Shown here: positions 38,566 through 48,286 of the stretch, piece after piece
How the letters are laid out: each line of letters opens with the position of its first letter
How positions within the stretch are numbered: position 1 is the stretch's first letter
IMG/VR virus record: IMGVR_UViG_3300005076_000002
Span: 96,001 to 160,000 of that record
Strand: one strand, 5' to 3'
Source of the DNA: a virus
Lineage: Duplodnaviria; Caudoviricetes
DNA length: 64,000 nt
Translations under genes and position numbers: made by a program
The notes under the pieces: generated by a model
The model's input: the letters and a program-made list of their open reading frames with translations, nothing else
What the model was told of the DNA's origin: nothing
Database searches by the model: none

Positions 38566-38616
38566 CGCTAACGTCAACATAGCCCTTACTTAATTAAGTA
38601 GAAAAGGAAACTCCTG

Positions 38617-40813
38617 ATGGCAAAGATCAATAAAACGACCATTCTCAGCAACAACGCCGCGTCTCTGAACGACGAAGGCCTGGTTAAGCACCTGGTCGGT
38701 ATGGAGAACTTCAACGAGTACGCCCCGCGCGCTACCGTTGGCGACTCCATCAGCCAGACCCTGGAATCCACCCTGCACAAAGAGCTCGGCCTGCGTGAAG
38801 GTGGTTTCACCAAGGCACAGCTGGAAGCTGCTTCCATCGTAGCCATGGCCTCTGCTGACCCGGTTGCCTACGCCCAAACCGCGATGAACACCCAGTTCGC
38901 CGGTCTGGAGTCTGGCCAGATCGATGCCCCGATGGTCATTGGCGGTTCCTTCGGCCACGCTGACGTGTTCAGTGGTCAGTCTGTTGGTCTGGAATACTTC
39001 AACGAGACCTCCCTGGATACCCACATGGCTACCTCGCTGGTGTTCAACCTGCAAGCTGCCCGCCAGGACGAGTTCTGCGAAGCGTTCTTCCGCACCATCA
39101 CCATCGACCCGTCCGAGTGTGGCATGTTGGTGGAAATCAACAAGACCATGGTTCACCGCGCCGTTCGCCACGCGATCAACGCCAAGGACAGCCAGCCGTA
39201 CGAGCGTCGTAACGTCCTGGATGCGGCCACCGACTTCTCCGTTCTGGAAGATCGTGCCGTAGACTTCGTGCCCTACTTCAACGTAGACGGCAGCCGTGAC
39301 GACGAGTTCTGCCCGGCCAGCCTGCACCAGCCGGTCGTACGTCGTGTTGAAAACGCACACATCCGTACCAACCCGCTGCGCTTCACCGCGAAAGACAAGC
39401 GCCTGATGGAGCTGTCTGCTCACCCCGGCCTGGTAACTTCCGGTATCCTGGACGAGTCCGACGAATTCGACGGCCGCGTTGCTCTGGAAAACCTGTACAT
39501 CCTGGCCAAGAAGAAAGGCGAAGACGACAGCAAGGGTAAACTGCTGAAGTTCCAAACTGGCATGCTGGCCCGTGCGTCCTTCAACAAGTCCCAGGAAGGC
39601 GATGGTCGCGAGATGTCCCTTCCGTAATGCGCACTTCACCATTACCAAGGACACCAAGGCCGTTGACAACTCCGACGTTCCTGCCCTGGAAGAACTGGGT
39701 GCCAACAAGTACACCCTGATCGTGACCGTTCGCGTGAACGCCAACGTCAACCTCCAGACCGGTATCGAATCCGCCATGGTTTCCAGCGTAACCATCGTTG
39801 GCCTGCGTGACGAAGCTGGTAAAGACATCTCCTGGACCGACGGCGCCGGTAAGCAAATCGTCGATGGTATCGATCTGGCGGGCTACTGCTACGATTACAA
39901 GATGACTCGCTCCAACAGCAACCGTCGTTCCAAGGGCCTGCTGGTTGACTCCGTCACCGAGCGCGAGCGTTACAAGATTCAGCTGGGCTCCCCGATCACT
40001 TCCCGTAAGCCGGTCGGCCGCACTGACAACAACGCTGCTCTGAACGACCTGATCACTACCGCCCGGATGCGCAACAACAACCTGGCCATCACCAAGCTGC
40101 TGAACTACACCGAGCAGCTGGACCAAGTTGTTCAAGGCATCACCAACGATTACGAAATTCCGTCTATCGAAGGTGCCGGTCGTCACTACATCCGCCCGTG
40201 GTTCGAGCGTGTGACCTTTGACGCCCAGAAACAGACCGCTGCACTCCAGTCCGACGACGTGCCGAACGCTCTGCGTGCTGCACTGCTGACCGTACTGCGT
40301 GATCAAGTTGTCCGTGCCTACCAAGAGTCCCGCTTCCAGCCGGCTCTGGAAATGCTCTCCGGTTACACCATCAGCAAGCCCTTGGTGATCATCGGTACCG
40401 ACATCACCACCGGTAACTGGCTGTGGGAGAAAGGCGATCTGCGTACCCTGGGCGACCAGTTCAAGTACAAGATCGTTACCACCACCGACTTCCGCTTCAA
40501 CGGTCGTCTCCAGTGGGTCTTCTCCGTAGGTGAAGAAGGTTACAGCTGCCTGAACTTCGGTAACTTCCTGTGGGTGCCGGAGCTGGTGACCGACACCAAC
40601 CTGACCCGTAACGACGCCGTAGCGAACGAAATCACCGTTCAACCGCGTTGCTACCACGTTGTTAACTGCCCGATCACCGGCGTGATCATGGTTGTAGGTC
40701 TGTCCGACTACGTCACCAGCAAGCCGTCCATCGGTGTTCAGCGCATGACCGCCCTGGGTGGCGTCATCGAAGACAACGTGATCGAAACTCCGGTTGGTCC
40801 TACCACTCCGTAA
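38617..40813 (+). CDS. Major capsid protein (phiKZ gp120-like), frameshifted at ~39619 in this sequence
   Basis: VFNLQAARQDEFCEAFFRTI, RSNSNRRSKG, VIIGTD, VQPRCYHVVNCP; propeptide GLE sites; the two halves share extreme codon bias and join at EMS/FRN. Confidence 0.88.
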
Positions 40814-40841
40814 GATCTACGTCGATGTAAAATAAAAAGAT

Positions 40842-40873
40842 GAGCTGGGGGAAACCCCAGCTCTTTTCTTTTT
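40842..40873 (+). terminator. Capsid gene terminator
   Basis: GAGCTGGGG-GAAA-CCCCAGCTC TTTTCTTTTT. Confidence 0.9.
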
Positions 40874-40941
40874 TGTGTTTTGTCTTATTATTTACAGGGA
40901 TATACATGGTATGTAAACTGCCACCCTCACTTGTAAAAATA

Positions 40942-40965
40942 TTGAAACATATATTATTAAAGTGA
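40942..40965 (+). promoter_or_regulatory. Early promoter
   Basis: TTGAAACATATATTATTAAAGTGA upstream of the operon containing nvRNAP beta-N. Confidence 0.72.
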
Positions 40966-40978
40966 TGGAGGTTGTATA

Positions 40979-41929
40979 ATGATAGAAACTGTCATACCGA
41001 CTATTGCTGTAGCCGACGTTTCCGCAAGACGTGGGCAATTTACACAGCATATCGAATATACCAATCAACTAGGCTACCCCATCGCAGTCATTCTAAAGAA
41101 TGGTATGAACGCAGTAATTCACCCTGCGATGAGTATCCAGACCAATGGTACCTTTACCATAACGGTGACATATTCAGCGAACCACCATAGTACGCTCAAT
41201 CAATTGTCATCCTTCTATAAGGAGAATCCTGACCTATCTAAGAAGTTACGGGAGCTATCGGCTAAAAGTCAAAACTATAAAACCGCCATCATTACGTATA
41301 CGCTAACTGATGAGCAGGTAGATGTAGATGGAGCGGTATATCTAGAAGAACTGGATATAATGCTCAAGACATCGATGGATGACCAAACAGTACATCCAGG
41401 GTCTAGGTTTAACGTCGCTATGACTAAGCCGCCAGATACGGCTGTGTCTATCGAGTTAACCGGTTGTGGAATGGAAGGAGCCGTGTATTTTGTATTGTTC
41501 GGTAATACTGTACTCCGACTACAGAATAAAGGCTTCGGCATAGATAGACCGGTGCTAAATTTCACAATCGATGGCGAGCTATCTGGCGCGCCAATGTACC
41601 TAGATAAAACCGATGTCCACGTAACTGAATCCGATGCGCAAGAAGAACTAAAACTCCGTCAGTCGTCGTATAACGACATTAACGGGGAACTACTTAAAGG
41701 AGTTAAAGCACACGCAGAAGGTCACTATAAGCTCATTAGTGGCAGTTCGAAAGATTTCGTATCTGAGAGTAGCGAACTGGTTGGTTCGGTCAATGATATG
41801 TCTTCTGCAATTGGTAAGTTGGAGAATGAGATCGCCGATGCAAGAGTCCATCAGCGAAAAGTGGCGGGCGAAACAATCAAGCTAGTATCGCCTATTGTAA
41901 CAACAATCGGAAAAGTTGTGGCCCTATAA
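40979..41929 (+). CDS. Conserved hypothetical protein (gp122-like)
   Basis: 316 aa, GGAGG RBS, coupled to the nvRNAP gene. Confidence 0.75.
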   Translation: MIETVIPTIAVADVSARRGQFTQHIEYTNQLGYPIAVILKNGMNAVIHPAMSIQTNGTFTITVTYSANHHSTLNQLSSFYKENPDLSKKLRELSAKSQNYKTAIITYTLTDEQVDVDGAVYLEELDIMLKTSMDDQTVHPGSRFNVAMTKPPDTAVSIELTGCGMEGAVYFVLFGNTVLRLQNKGFGIDRPVLNFTIDGELSGAPMYLDKTDVHVTESDAQEELKLRQSSYNDINGELLKGVKAHAEGHYKLISGSSKDFVSESSELVGSVNDMSSAIGKLENEIADARVHQRKVAGETIKLVSPIVTTIGKVVAL

Positions 41930-43563
41930 TGATCAACGATGCATTAGCAGTAGTGCGTGAAAGAATGCCAAAGTTGAACCCACTTATCTGTGAGGGCATT
42001 GCCTATCACCAGATGAAGTCTGTAGAGTCAGCGGTTAATAACCTGCTAATTACTGCATTCAGACGGGACGGGGAATATAACGGGGAAGGTCTACCGGATT
42101 CATTCCAGTATCTGCGCTTTGAACGGACAACGCCAGATGAAGATTTTCTTGAACGGGTTAAACGAAATAAATCAGGCAGGGGGAAAGCACGACCAGGGAT
42201 CAACATGGCAGAGACAGACACGTATCTCATACGCTGTCATTTCGAAAACGATGGTGAAGGCTTCATTAAGCATATCGCTATCCCATTCGCTCGGCCAGGT
42301 GGACTTATCAACATGCTTGGGACTACATACGGTATTGCGGCCGTACTCAAGACACGCGGTTTGTCCTTAACAACGAAGGGCTATTTCGCCGAATTCCCTC
42401 GTTGCAAAGTAAACTTTGATTGGTTAGCAGACAGTTACTACATCAATGGTACCATCGAGCATGTTTACATGCCGTACAGTACCTCCCTCCATACCAAAGC
42501 AAAAAGGCAGAAGACATACGTGCCGCCGTTGGCATGTTGGCTATTTGCCAAGTACGGGTTATTTGAAACATTCGAAGAGTTCCTTGGTGTCAGCATTGAG
42601 GTCTATGAGACCACCGATCCCAAGCTACTCACCCTTGACACTAACAAGTATTGCGTCTGCCGTGCTACCAAGCCGTTGCGTGGTGCCGAGCCAGAAATAG
42701 CAATCGTAATCAAAAAGGCTGACCTTTCGCCGCAAGCGAAAATCCTCATCGGGACTGTCTTCTATATTGCCCGATCCTATCCCGACCGCGTAGTCAAAGC
42801 GTATGTCGGTGAGCCGAGACTGTGGATGATCATGTTGGGCTTTGCCATCTTTGGTAAAAGTCGCGTGTTCTCCGAAATTCGTATTGTTGATGAGATTCGC
42901 ACGCACTTCTCGAATATCGAACGTGCGCTTGATGTCAACTTCAAGAACGAACTGATTTCTGTCGGTGTTGAATGCAGTACGATTTATGAGTTCCTGTTCT
43001 ACGTCATCAACAAGATGACCGAGCGTACAGGCGGTGAAATGTCGAGTATGGCCAATCTGTGGGGTCGCTATTACACGACCACGGAATACGTCATCCGTGA
43101 TTTGCGTGAAGCAATTTTCAATGCGCACTATGCCATTGTTAAAGCTGCACGTAAAACGGGTGGTGCTCCGGTGTCTACTGCACAGATAGACCACATCCTC
43201 AACAGTCAGCTGAATCAGGACGTCATCAATAACATCAACTCCGGTCACGGAGAGATTACGCCGTTCATGGTAGCTACCGATAACATGTTTATCGGCCTGA
43301 CATCCCACTGTATCGATCAGACTGATGCACGTAAGCGTCCAGGTGGTAAGAAAGTATTCGATACTTCTGACCCCTCACGCCACATGCACGCTTCGTTCCT
43401 CGAAGCTGGTTCTGTAGCCCACCTGCCAAAATCCAATCCGATTGGTCCGTACCGGATCAATGGTCGAGTTAAAATTGACCACTTTGGACGCATTATGGAG
43501 AAGGAAGAGAATGTCAAAGACATGCGACTCCTTCAGCAGGATTTCCGGGCCAAAGGCCTTTAA
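41929..43563 (+). CDS. Non-virion RNA polymerase beta subunit, N-terminal part (phiKZ gp123-like)
   Basis: PKLNPLICEGIA, WLFAKYG, HASFLEAGS..LPKSNP; 544 aa. Confidence 0.82.
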   Translation: MINDALAVVRERMPKLNPLICEGIAYHQMKSVESAVNNLLITAFRRDGEYNGEGLPDSFQYLRFERTTPDEDFLERVKRNKSGRGKARPGINMAETDTYLIRCHFENDGEGFIKHIAIPFARPGGLINMLGTTYGIAAVLKTRGLSLTTKGYFAEFPRCKVNFDWLADSYYINGTIEHVYMPYSTSLHTKAKRQKTYVPPLACWLFAKYGLFETFEEFLGVSIEVYETTDPKLLTLDTNKYCVCRATKPLRGAEPEIAIVIKKADLSPQAKILIGTVFYIARSYPDRVVKAYVGEPRLWMIMLGFAIFGKSRVFSEIRIVDEIRTHFSNIERALDVNFKNELISVGVECSTIYEFLFYVINKMTERTGGEMSSMANLWGRYYTTTEYVIRDLREAIFNAHYAIVKAARKTGGAPVSTAQIDHILNSQLNQDVINNINSGHGEITPFMVATDNMFIGLTSHCIDQTDARKRPGGKKVFDTSDPSRHMHASFLEAGSVAHLPKSNPIGPYRINGRVKIDHFGRIMEKEENVKDMRLLQQDFRAKGL

Positions 43564-43568
43564 TCATT

Positions 43569-43593
43569 TTTCAAGCATATATTACAATAGTGC
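43569..43593 (+). promoter_or_regulatory. Early promoter
   Basis: TTTCAAGCATATATTACAATAGTGC. Confidence 0.8.
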
Positions 43594-43623
43594 ATAAGCA
43601 CAGTAATTCACCCAGGAGTAAAC

Positions 43624-45345
43624 ATGGCTAACATCCGCATCCCGTCGAACTTAGAACAGCGCGACGTAGAAGACATCATTGAGAGTGCTATCTCCGCGAT
43701 GGAATCTTCCAACGATCCGATTGAGCGGGACGTCACGGACCTTTGTGCAGAGAGCCGTTATAACAACCGCACTGCCGACGATTTCTTCCAGATCGTCGTA
43801 AACGTATTTTCGTACGGTGCAGAGCAAGCATTCGATAAGAACATCGATCCGTTCGAAAGTCGTAACTTCAGCAAGCTGGTAGACGGAGGCCTGAATATGG
43901 CCTTCGCTTGCATTGCTCTGGACGATCGCCAAATCTCCCGTGAGTGCAGTCGTGACGAGATCGATGACATGCAAGCGTTGCGCGACGATTACGAGGTTAT
44001 CAAACGTGATGTAGGTGGCTCCCGTGGCGGTGGCCGCCGTGGTGGTCGGGACCGTGGGCGCGATCGTAATGATCGCAATGACCGTCACGAGCGCAATAGC
44101 CGCGGTGGGCGTAGCGGTGGGCGTAGTGCTCGCCGTAGCGGTCGTCGTGGTGACGGGGCTAACAACCAGCCAACTGCGTACCGCACGCGTGAACGCGAGG
44201 AGGAATATGTGGAGGAACGTGAAACCCGCCGCCGCGATACTCCACGCAATAACGTGGTTGATATCTCCGAGCTGCGTAATCGCCAAGTCGTGGCTGTCAA
44301 CAGTCAGACCGGTACCGGTCATGTATACAACCCGTCCAATACGATCGTTGCTGCGATCGAAGAAGACGGCAAATTCATCGAGGTATTGAAAGCCGTGGAA
44401 GACTACAGCAAACACGAACTGCGGCGTTCACTGCTCACACATGAGCAAGATCGCCGTGTAGTACCGCTGGTGAAGTTCAAGGATACGTCTGAAAACGTAG
44501 TTGCCGAGAACGATGACCCGGTAGAAGTGTATGTGGCACCGAACGCCATCAAGATCGATCTCCCGCTGATCAACTTTGATCCGCTGATGATCGCAGTAGC
44601 CGCGCATCCTGTCATGTCCGAGCACAGTGCCAAGATCAATCTGGTGCAAGCGATCTTCCAGGCCAAGTTCACGCTGCCGTATGACTTGGCCGGTATTGTG
44701 ACCACCCTGACCGACTTCAACACGTTTGAAGGCTGGTACAAGGTACTCAATGCTATGCGTAGCTTCGCCGTAAACAAGGACACGCCGGAAGAAGATACTG
44801 TGCACATCATGACCGAGGTTACTCGCCTCGATCAGATGCTAGCAGCTCTGTTCAACGGCTATATGACTACGCTGGGCTATCCGAAGGTTAAGCTCACCAA
44901 GTTCATCGAGTCCTGGTCTGATGCATCGGAGTGGCTGAGTCATCGGGATCAAGCAGATTTGAATGACGAATTCACTGAATTCGAAACCAAGCTGTTTGCA
45001 TCCAACATGAAGGTAGCGCTGCCGTCGCTGCGGGCAGTAGAAGATGGTGAAGATAGCGTGCCGGTAACTGTACCGACATTCTTCATCGAACGTTCTGCCA
45101 TCCTGGTACAGTACGTAGGTAGCATCGTTGGCGATGAGGTAGAGTTCTCCCGTACTGGCGAACCGTGCACTATCACCTTCGACGACACCCCCGACTTCTA
45201 CACTTCCTGCAATCGCCTGGCCAAGCGTCGTAAAGATCGCTTCTCCATGGCAGACATCTACATGACCGATTCCGTCGGTCGCCTGATCGTCGTAGGTGTG
45301 CGTGAAAACAACAGTGGTCCCATCCGGGCTACCATGTACCGCTAA
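43624..45345 (+). CDS. Early protein with internal RG/RD-rich disordered region
   Basis: 573 aa, AGGAG RBS, EDYSKHEL motif. Confidence 0.8.
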   Translation: MANIRIPSNLEQRDVEDIIESAISAMESSNDPIERDVTDLCAESRYNNRTADDFFQIVVNVFSYGAEQAFDKNIDPFESRNFSKLVDGGLNMAFACIALDDRQISRECSRDEIDDMQALRDDYEVIKRDVGGSRGGGRRGGRDRGRDRNDRNDRHERNSRGGRSGGRSARRSGRRGDGANNQPTAYRTREREEEYVEERETRRRDTPRNNVVDISELRNRQVVAVNSQTGTGHVYNPSNTIVAAIEEDGKFIEVLKAVEDYSKHELRRSLLTHEQDRRVVPLVKFKDTSENVVAENDDPVEVYVAPNAIKIDLPLINFDPLMIAVAAHPVMSEHSAKINLVQAIFQAKFTLPYDLAGIVTTLTDFNTFEGWYKVLNAMRSFAVNKDTPEEDTVHIMTEVTRLDQMLAALFNGYMTTLGYPKVKLTKFIESWSDASEWLSHRDQADLNDEFTEFETKLFASNMKVALPSLRAVEDGEDSVPVTVPTFFIERSAILVQYVGSIVGDEVEFSRTGEPCTITFDDTPDFYTSCNRLAKRRKDRFSMADIYMTDSVGRLIVVGVRENNSGPIRATMYR

Positions 45346-45349
45346 TAAA

Positions 45350-45379
45350 GCTAGGGGCTTCGGCCCCTAGTTTTTTTTT
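45350..45379 (+). terminator. Intrinsic terminator
   Basis: CTAGGGGC-TTCG-GCCCCTAG T9. Confidence 0.9.
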
Positions 45380-45390
45380 GCCGTGACGCA

Positions 45391-45415
45391 TAAAAGAGGA
45401 GGCCGAAGCCTCCTC
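45391..45415 (-). terminator. Intrinsic terminator for portal
   Basis: Minus strand GAGGAGGC-TTCG-GCCTCCTC TTTTATG. Confidence 0.88.
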
Positions 45416-45419
45416 GGTA

Positions 45420-48257
45420 TTATGCATTTTCGTCAGTATCAGTTTCGTTCCCATCGGTAGTTTCTTCGGTGGGTTCTTCAGTTTCTTCGGGTTCGGTAGA
45501 TTCACCGTCGTCCGTTTCTTCAGTCTCTTCAGTCTCTTCAGTTTCCTCCTCTTCGGAGTCACCATCAGAGCCATCCCCTTCACCATCCCCGTCGAAGTTG
45601 AACTCGTCATCCCCGTCCTCACCGCCTTCTTCCCCGTCGCCGAAGCCGCCCTCGCCATCATCGAAGCCGCCACCGCCGCCGGTGTCGCCAGAGCCTTCCA
45701 TATCCATTTGCTTAGCCAGTGTCTCCATACGACCAGTGAATCGTTTGAAGATTTGCATAGCAATCTTGGAACGGTCAACCATATTGCTCGAGAGCTCGGT
45801 GACAATTTCAGAGACATCTTCAGAAGTGAGGAATTCGAGCATGTCAGGTTCGACGTCGTTCTCAACCAGCCATTGCGTAATGACAAAGCTGCGAACCAAC
45901 ATACGAATCTTGCTTTCCTGACCGTCGATTTCAGTTCCCTCGAACATACCATCGGCCCACCAGTTTTCAAGGATCTTATCAAGACCTTGAATCTTCTCTT
46001 CCATAACCTGCATTTGAGAGTTAAGGGAAGAGGTATCGGGAGCAGGCAATGTCACTTCCAGATGCGCAATGAAATGACTGATGATTTTCTTGATCAGGTC
46101 TTTCAGCGCACCGCCAGTAGGAACACCTTCGATAGAAACCGCAGCACCTTCAGAGAAGATTTCATAGCCAATGGTGTCGTCGGTTACAACACCCTCGTCA
46201 TCGCCTCCCTCGTTGACATCTACACCCATCTCACCCTCACCCGCGGCATCCATAGCAGCTTTCTGCTCGGCGGCCTTACGCGCAGCTATACGCTGCTTGA
46301 TGAGGTCTTCGTAGTATTTCTCACAAATGGTAGCCAAGCGATCGATAAGAATCGGGTCGCTATAGATGTAAGTACGAATGTGATGAGACATAAATGGAGA
46401 CAAGGCCAGCTGGTCCTGAATGTAGCGCTTTGCAGTCAGCAAGTCCTTCGACGTTACCTGAGTTGCAAATTCGATAGCTTGCGGAGTGATGATCAAATCA
46501 GGATCAGCACCCAGCTGACGATACTGTCGCTTAGCCATCGACTCATCCAATGTTGCATCGGGAACCTTGTAGTCAGGAGAGTTATCAGAAACATCTACCT
46601 TCGTACTCGGATAGTAGTCGTTACCTTGGATGTTAAACTCGATACCGGCATTCTTGATATACGCCAGCATGTCGTCGGGAGTACCGGTGAACGGAATGCG
46701 GTTAGCAAACTGTTCCATCATCAGGTGTTGTACCTGCTCGATACGCTTCTCTGGCTCACGGTCTTCAGGAGCCAGCTCGATATCGATCTTGATGTTACGG
46801 GTGGCATTCAACACAGTGGCTTGCATGGTAGCCATCAGGATGGCTGCACGGACACCGGAGATAGTACGCCCTTTATCCAGACGACTACGACCAATACCTT
46901 CTTTGGTCCAGTCCATCGCGTAATAGACAAACTGCTCAGCTGGCACATACAGAATCTGCGTACCCTTCTTAGCCAGCGCACGAGCCAACATGATCTGATA
47001 GACCTGTTGGGGACGTACGAGGTTCAATGCCTCACTACCGCCGCCATTCTTCAGAGCGGTGATCAGCTTAGCCTCCACAAGCTCGCTAAACGAGTCTTGC
47101 AGACGTGCCATCGTCCAGTCCTTGGTATCCCCCAGCCCAAGCCCCAACGCAGCATCAGAGATCATCTGAGAGGTCGGATTACCCATCATCCAACTCATAG
47201 CGGTAGAGTTGTAAAGATTAGAGTTACGACTGATCGGGTTGCCAACTTCATCGAGCATGATGAAGAAGCCCACCGGTGCGTTAAACGTGCCGGGGGTGTG
47301 GATAGGAATAATAGCTTCGGAAGGAATGTGCTGCACTAGCGGATGGCCAATGCTCCGGCGACCAGCATTTTCTACCGTCTTAATCTCCTCTACTGCTTTC
47401 ATCGAGAAGGTCTTGGATTTGTAAACGTCGGTGTCGTAATACTCGAAGTCGTTCATAGCTCTTTCGAGCCCGAAGCGGCCACTATTATATGTACGTTCGA
47501 CCGCGCTTTTACTGATCCTGGCCTGAACTTTCGGCAGCTTCAATACATCGATATTATCGGTGAGATTGAAGGTTGCTGTTATTTTTTTGTCGTCCGGTAC
47601 GTCAGTGGCCGGAGCGCCGATATTGAAACGGTATCCGCCGTTACTCGCTGTCCCAGCGACAGGCTTAAAGGCCAAGCTTTCAAAACCAAAACCGTTCATA
47701 TCGGTAGTGGTATTGGGGTCGCCGAGGATACCTTTTACAGCAAAAAGATGTTCTACCTTTTTGGCATAGCTCTCCACGCCGATCTTCCCACCTTCGTTGA
47801 TGATCGCATCAACGGAAGATTCAGGAATGATCGCAGCGCCCCACGAACCGGTGCGGAACAACGTATCGTGAACGATCTCACGCATGTAGTTCTTGAGCGG
47901 GTAAACAGTGGTGAAGAACTCTTTGATCTCAGCCACCAGTTGGGCCCGAAGCCCCAGCTCAATCTTTGTGCTGTTAACAGCAAAGATAGGGGCGATGGTG
48001 ATGAGGTCTTTACTGGACAGAATGCCGGAGACAACAATGTCCGCCGCAAAGTCTATATCCGGTAACATCTCAATGACGTTTTCAGCATCCAGATTGCGCT
48101 GCATGCTTTCACGAACGAGCGGCATGAGCTCGTGCTGACCCGGAGAAGTGATCTGGTTAGGATTACTCTTGGACATGTTGCGCGGGCTATGCAGTTTATT
48201 GAGTACCGCGTTATTGAGCAGATTGTTGGTGGTACCCCAGGTCGATCTTGAGCTCAT
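45420..48257 (-). CDS. Portal protein (phiKZ gp129-like) with acidic C-terminal tail
   Basis: MLPDIDFAADIVVSGILS, GHPLVQHIPSEAIIPIHTPG, LDEVGNP, VTLPAPD; GAGGG RBS favours ATG 48257. Confidence 0.8.
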   Translation of the reverse strand: MSSRSTWGTTNNLLNNAVLNKLHSPRNMSKSNPNQITSPGQHELMPLVRESMQRNLDAENVIEMLPDIDFAADIVVSGILSSKDLITIAPIFAVNSTKIELGLRAQLVAEIKEFFTTVYPLKNYMREIVHDTLFRTGSWGAAIIPESSVDAIINEGGKIGVESYAKKVEHLFAVKGILGDPNTTTDMNGFGFESLAFKPVAGTASNGGYRFNIGAPATDVPDDKKITATFNLTDNIDVLKLPKVQARISKSAVERTYNSGRFGLERAMNDFEYYDTDVYKSKTFSMKAVEEIKTVENAGRRSIGHPLVQHIPSEAIIPIHTPGTFNAPVGFFIMLDEVGNPISRNSNLYNSTAMSWMMGNPTSQMISDAALGLGLGDTKDWTMARLQDSFSELVEAKLITALKNGGGSEALNLVRPQQVYQIMLARALAKKGTQILYVPAEQFVYYAMDWTKEGIGRSRLDKGRTISGVRAAILMATMQATVLNATRNIKIDIELAPEDREPEKRIEQVQHLMMEQFANRIPFTGTPDDMLAYIKNAGIEFNIQGNDYYPSTKVDVSDNSPDYKVPDATLDESMAKRQYRQLGADPDLIITPQAIEFATQVTSKDLLTAKRYIQDQLALSPFMSHHIRTYIYSDPILIDRLATICEKYYEDLIKQRIAARKAAEQKAAMDAAGEGEMGVDVNEGGDDEGVVTDDTIGYEIFSEGAAVSIEGVPTGGALKDLIKKIISHFIAHLEVTLPAPDTSSLNSQMQVMEEKIQGLDKILENWWADGMFEGTEIDGQESKIRMLVRSFVITQWLVENDVEPDMLEFLTSEDVSEIVTELSSNMVDRSKIAMQIFKRFTGRMETLAKQMDMEGSGDTGGGGGFDDGEGGFGDGEEGGEDGDDEFNFDGDGEGDGSDGDSEEEETEETEETEETDDGESTEPEETEEPTEETTDGNETDTDENA

Positions 48258-48286
48258 TGTCATTCCCTCTAGTTTCTGGTGCGCAT

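Noticed and set aside
39572-40813. Independent gene for the capsid C-terminal half
   Set aside because: The GTG start has no RBS and the first 16 codons are an out-of-frame reading of the upstream ORF.
45708-47339. Long antisense ORFs (543 aa here; also 38590..39828, 39581..40657, 16930..18159, 20230..21453)
   Set aside because: They mirror strongly codon-biased real genes, show no motifs and read as typical antisense shadows.
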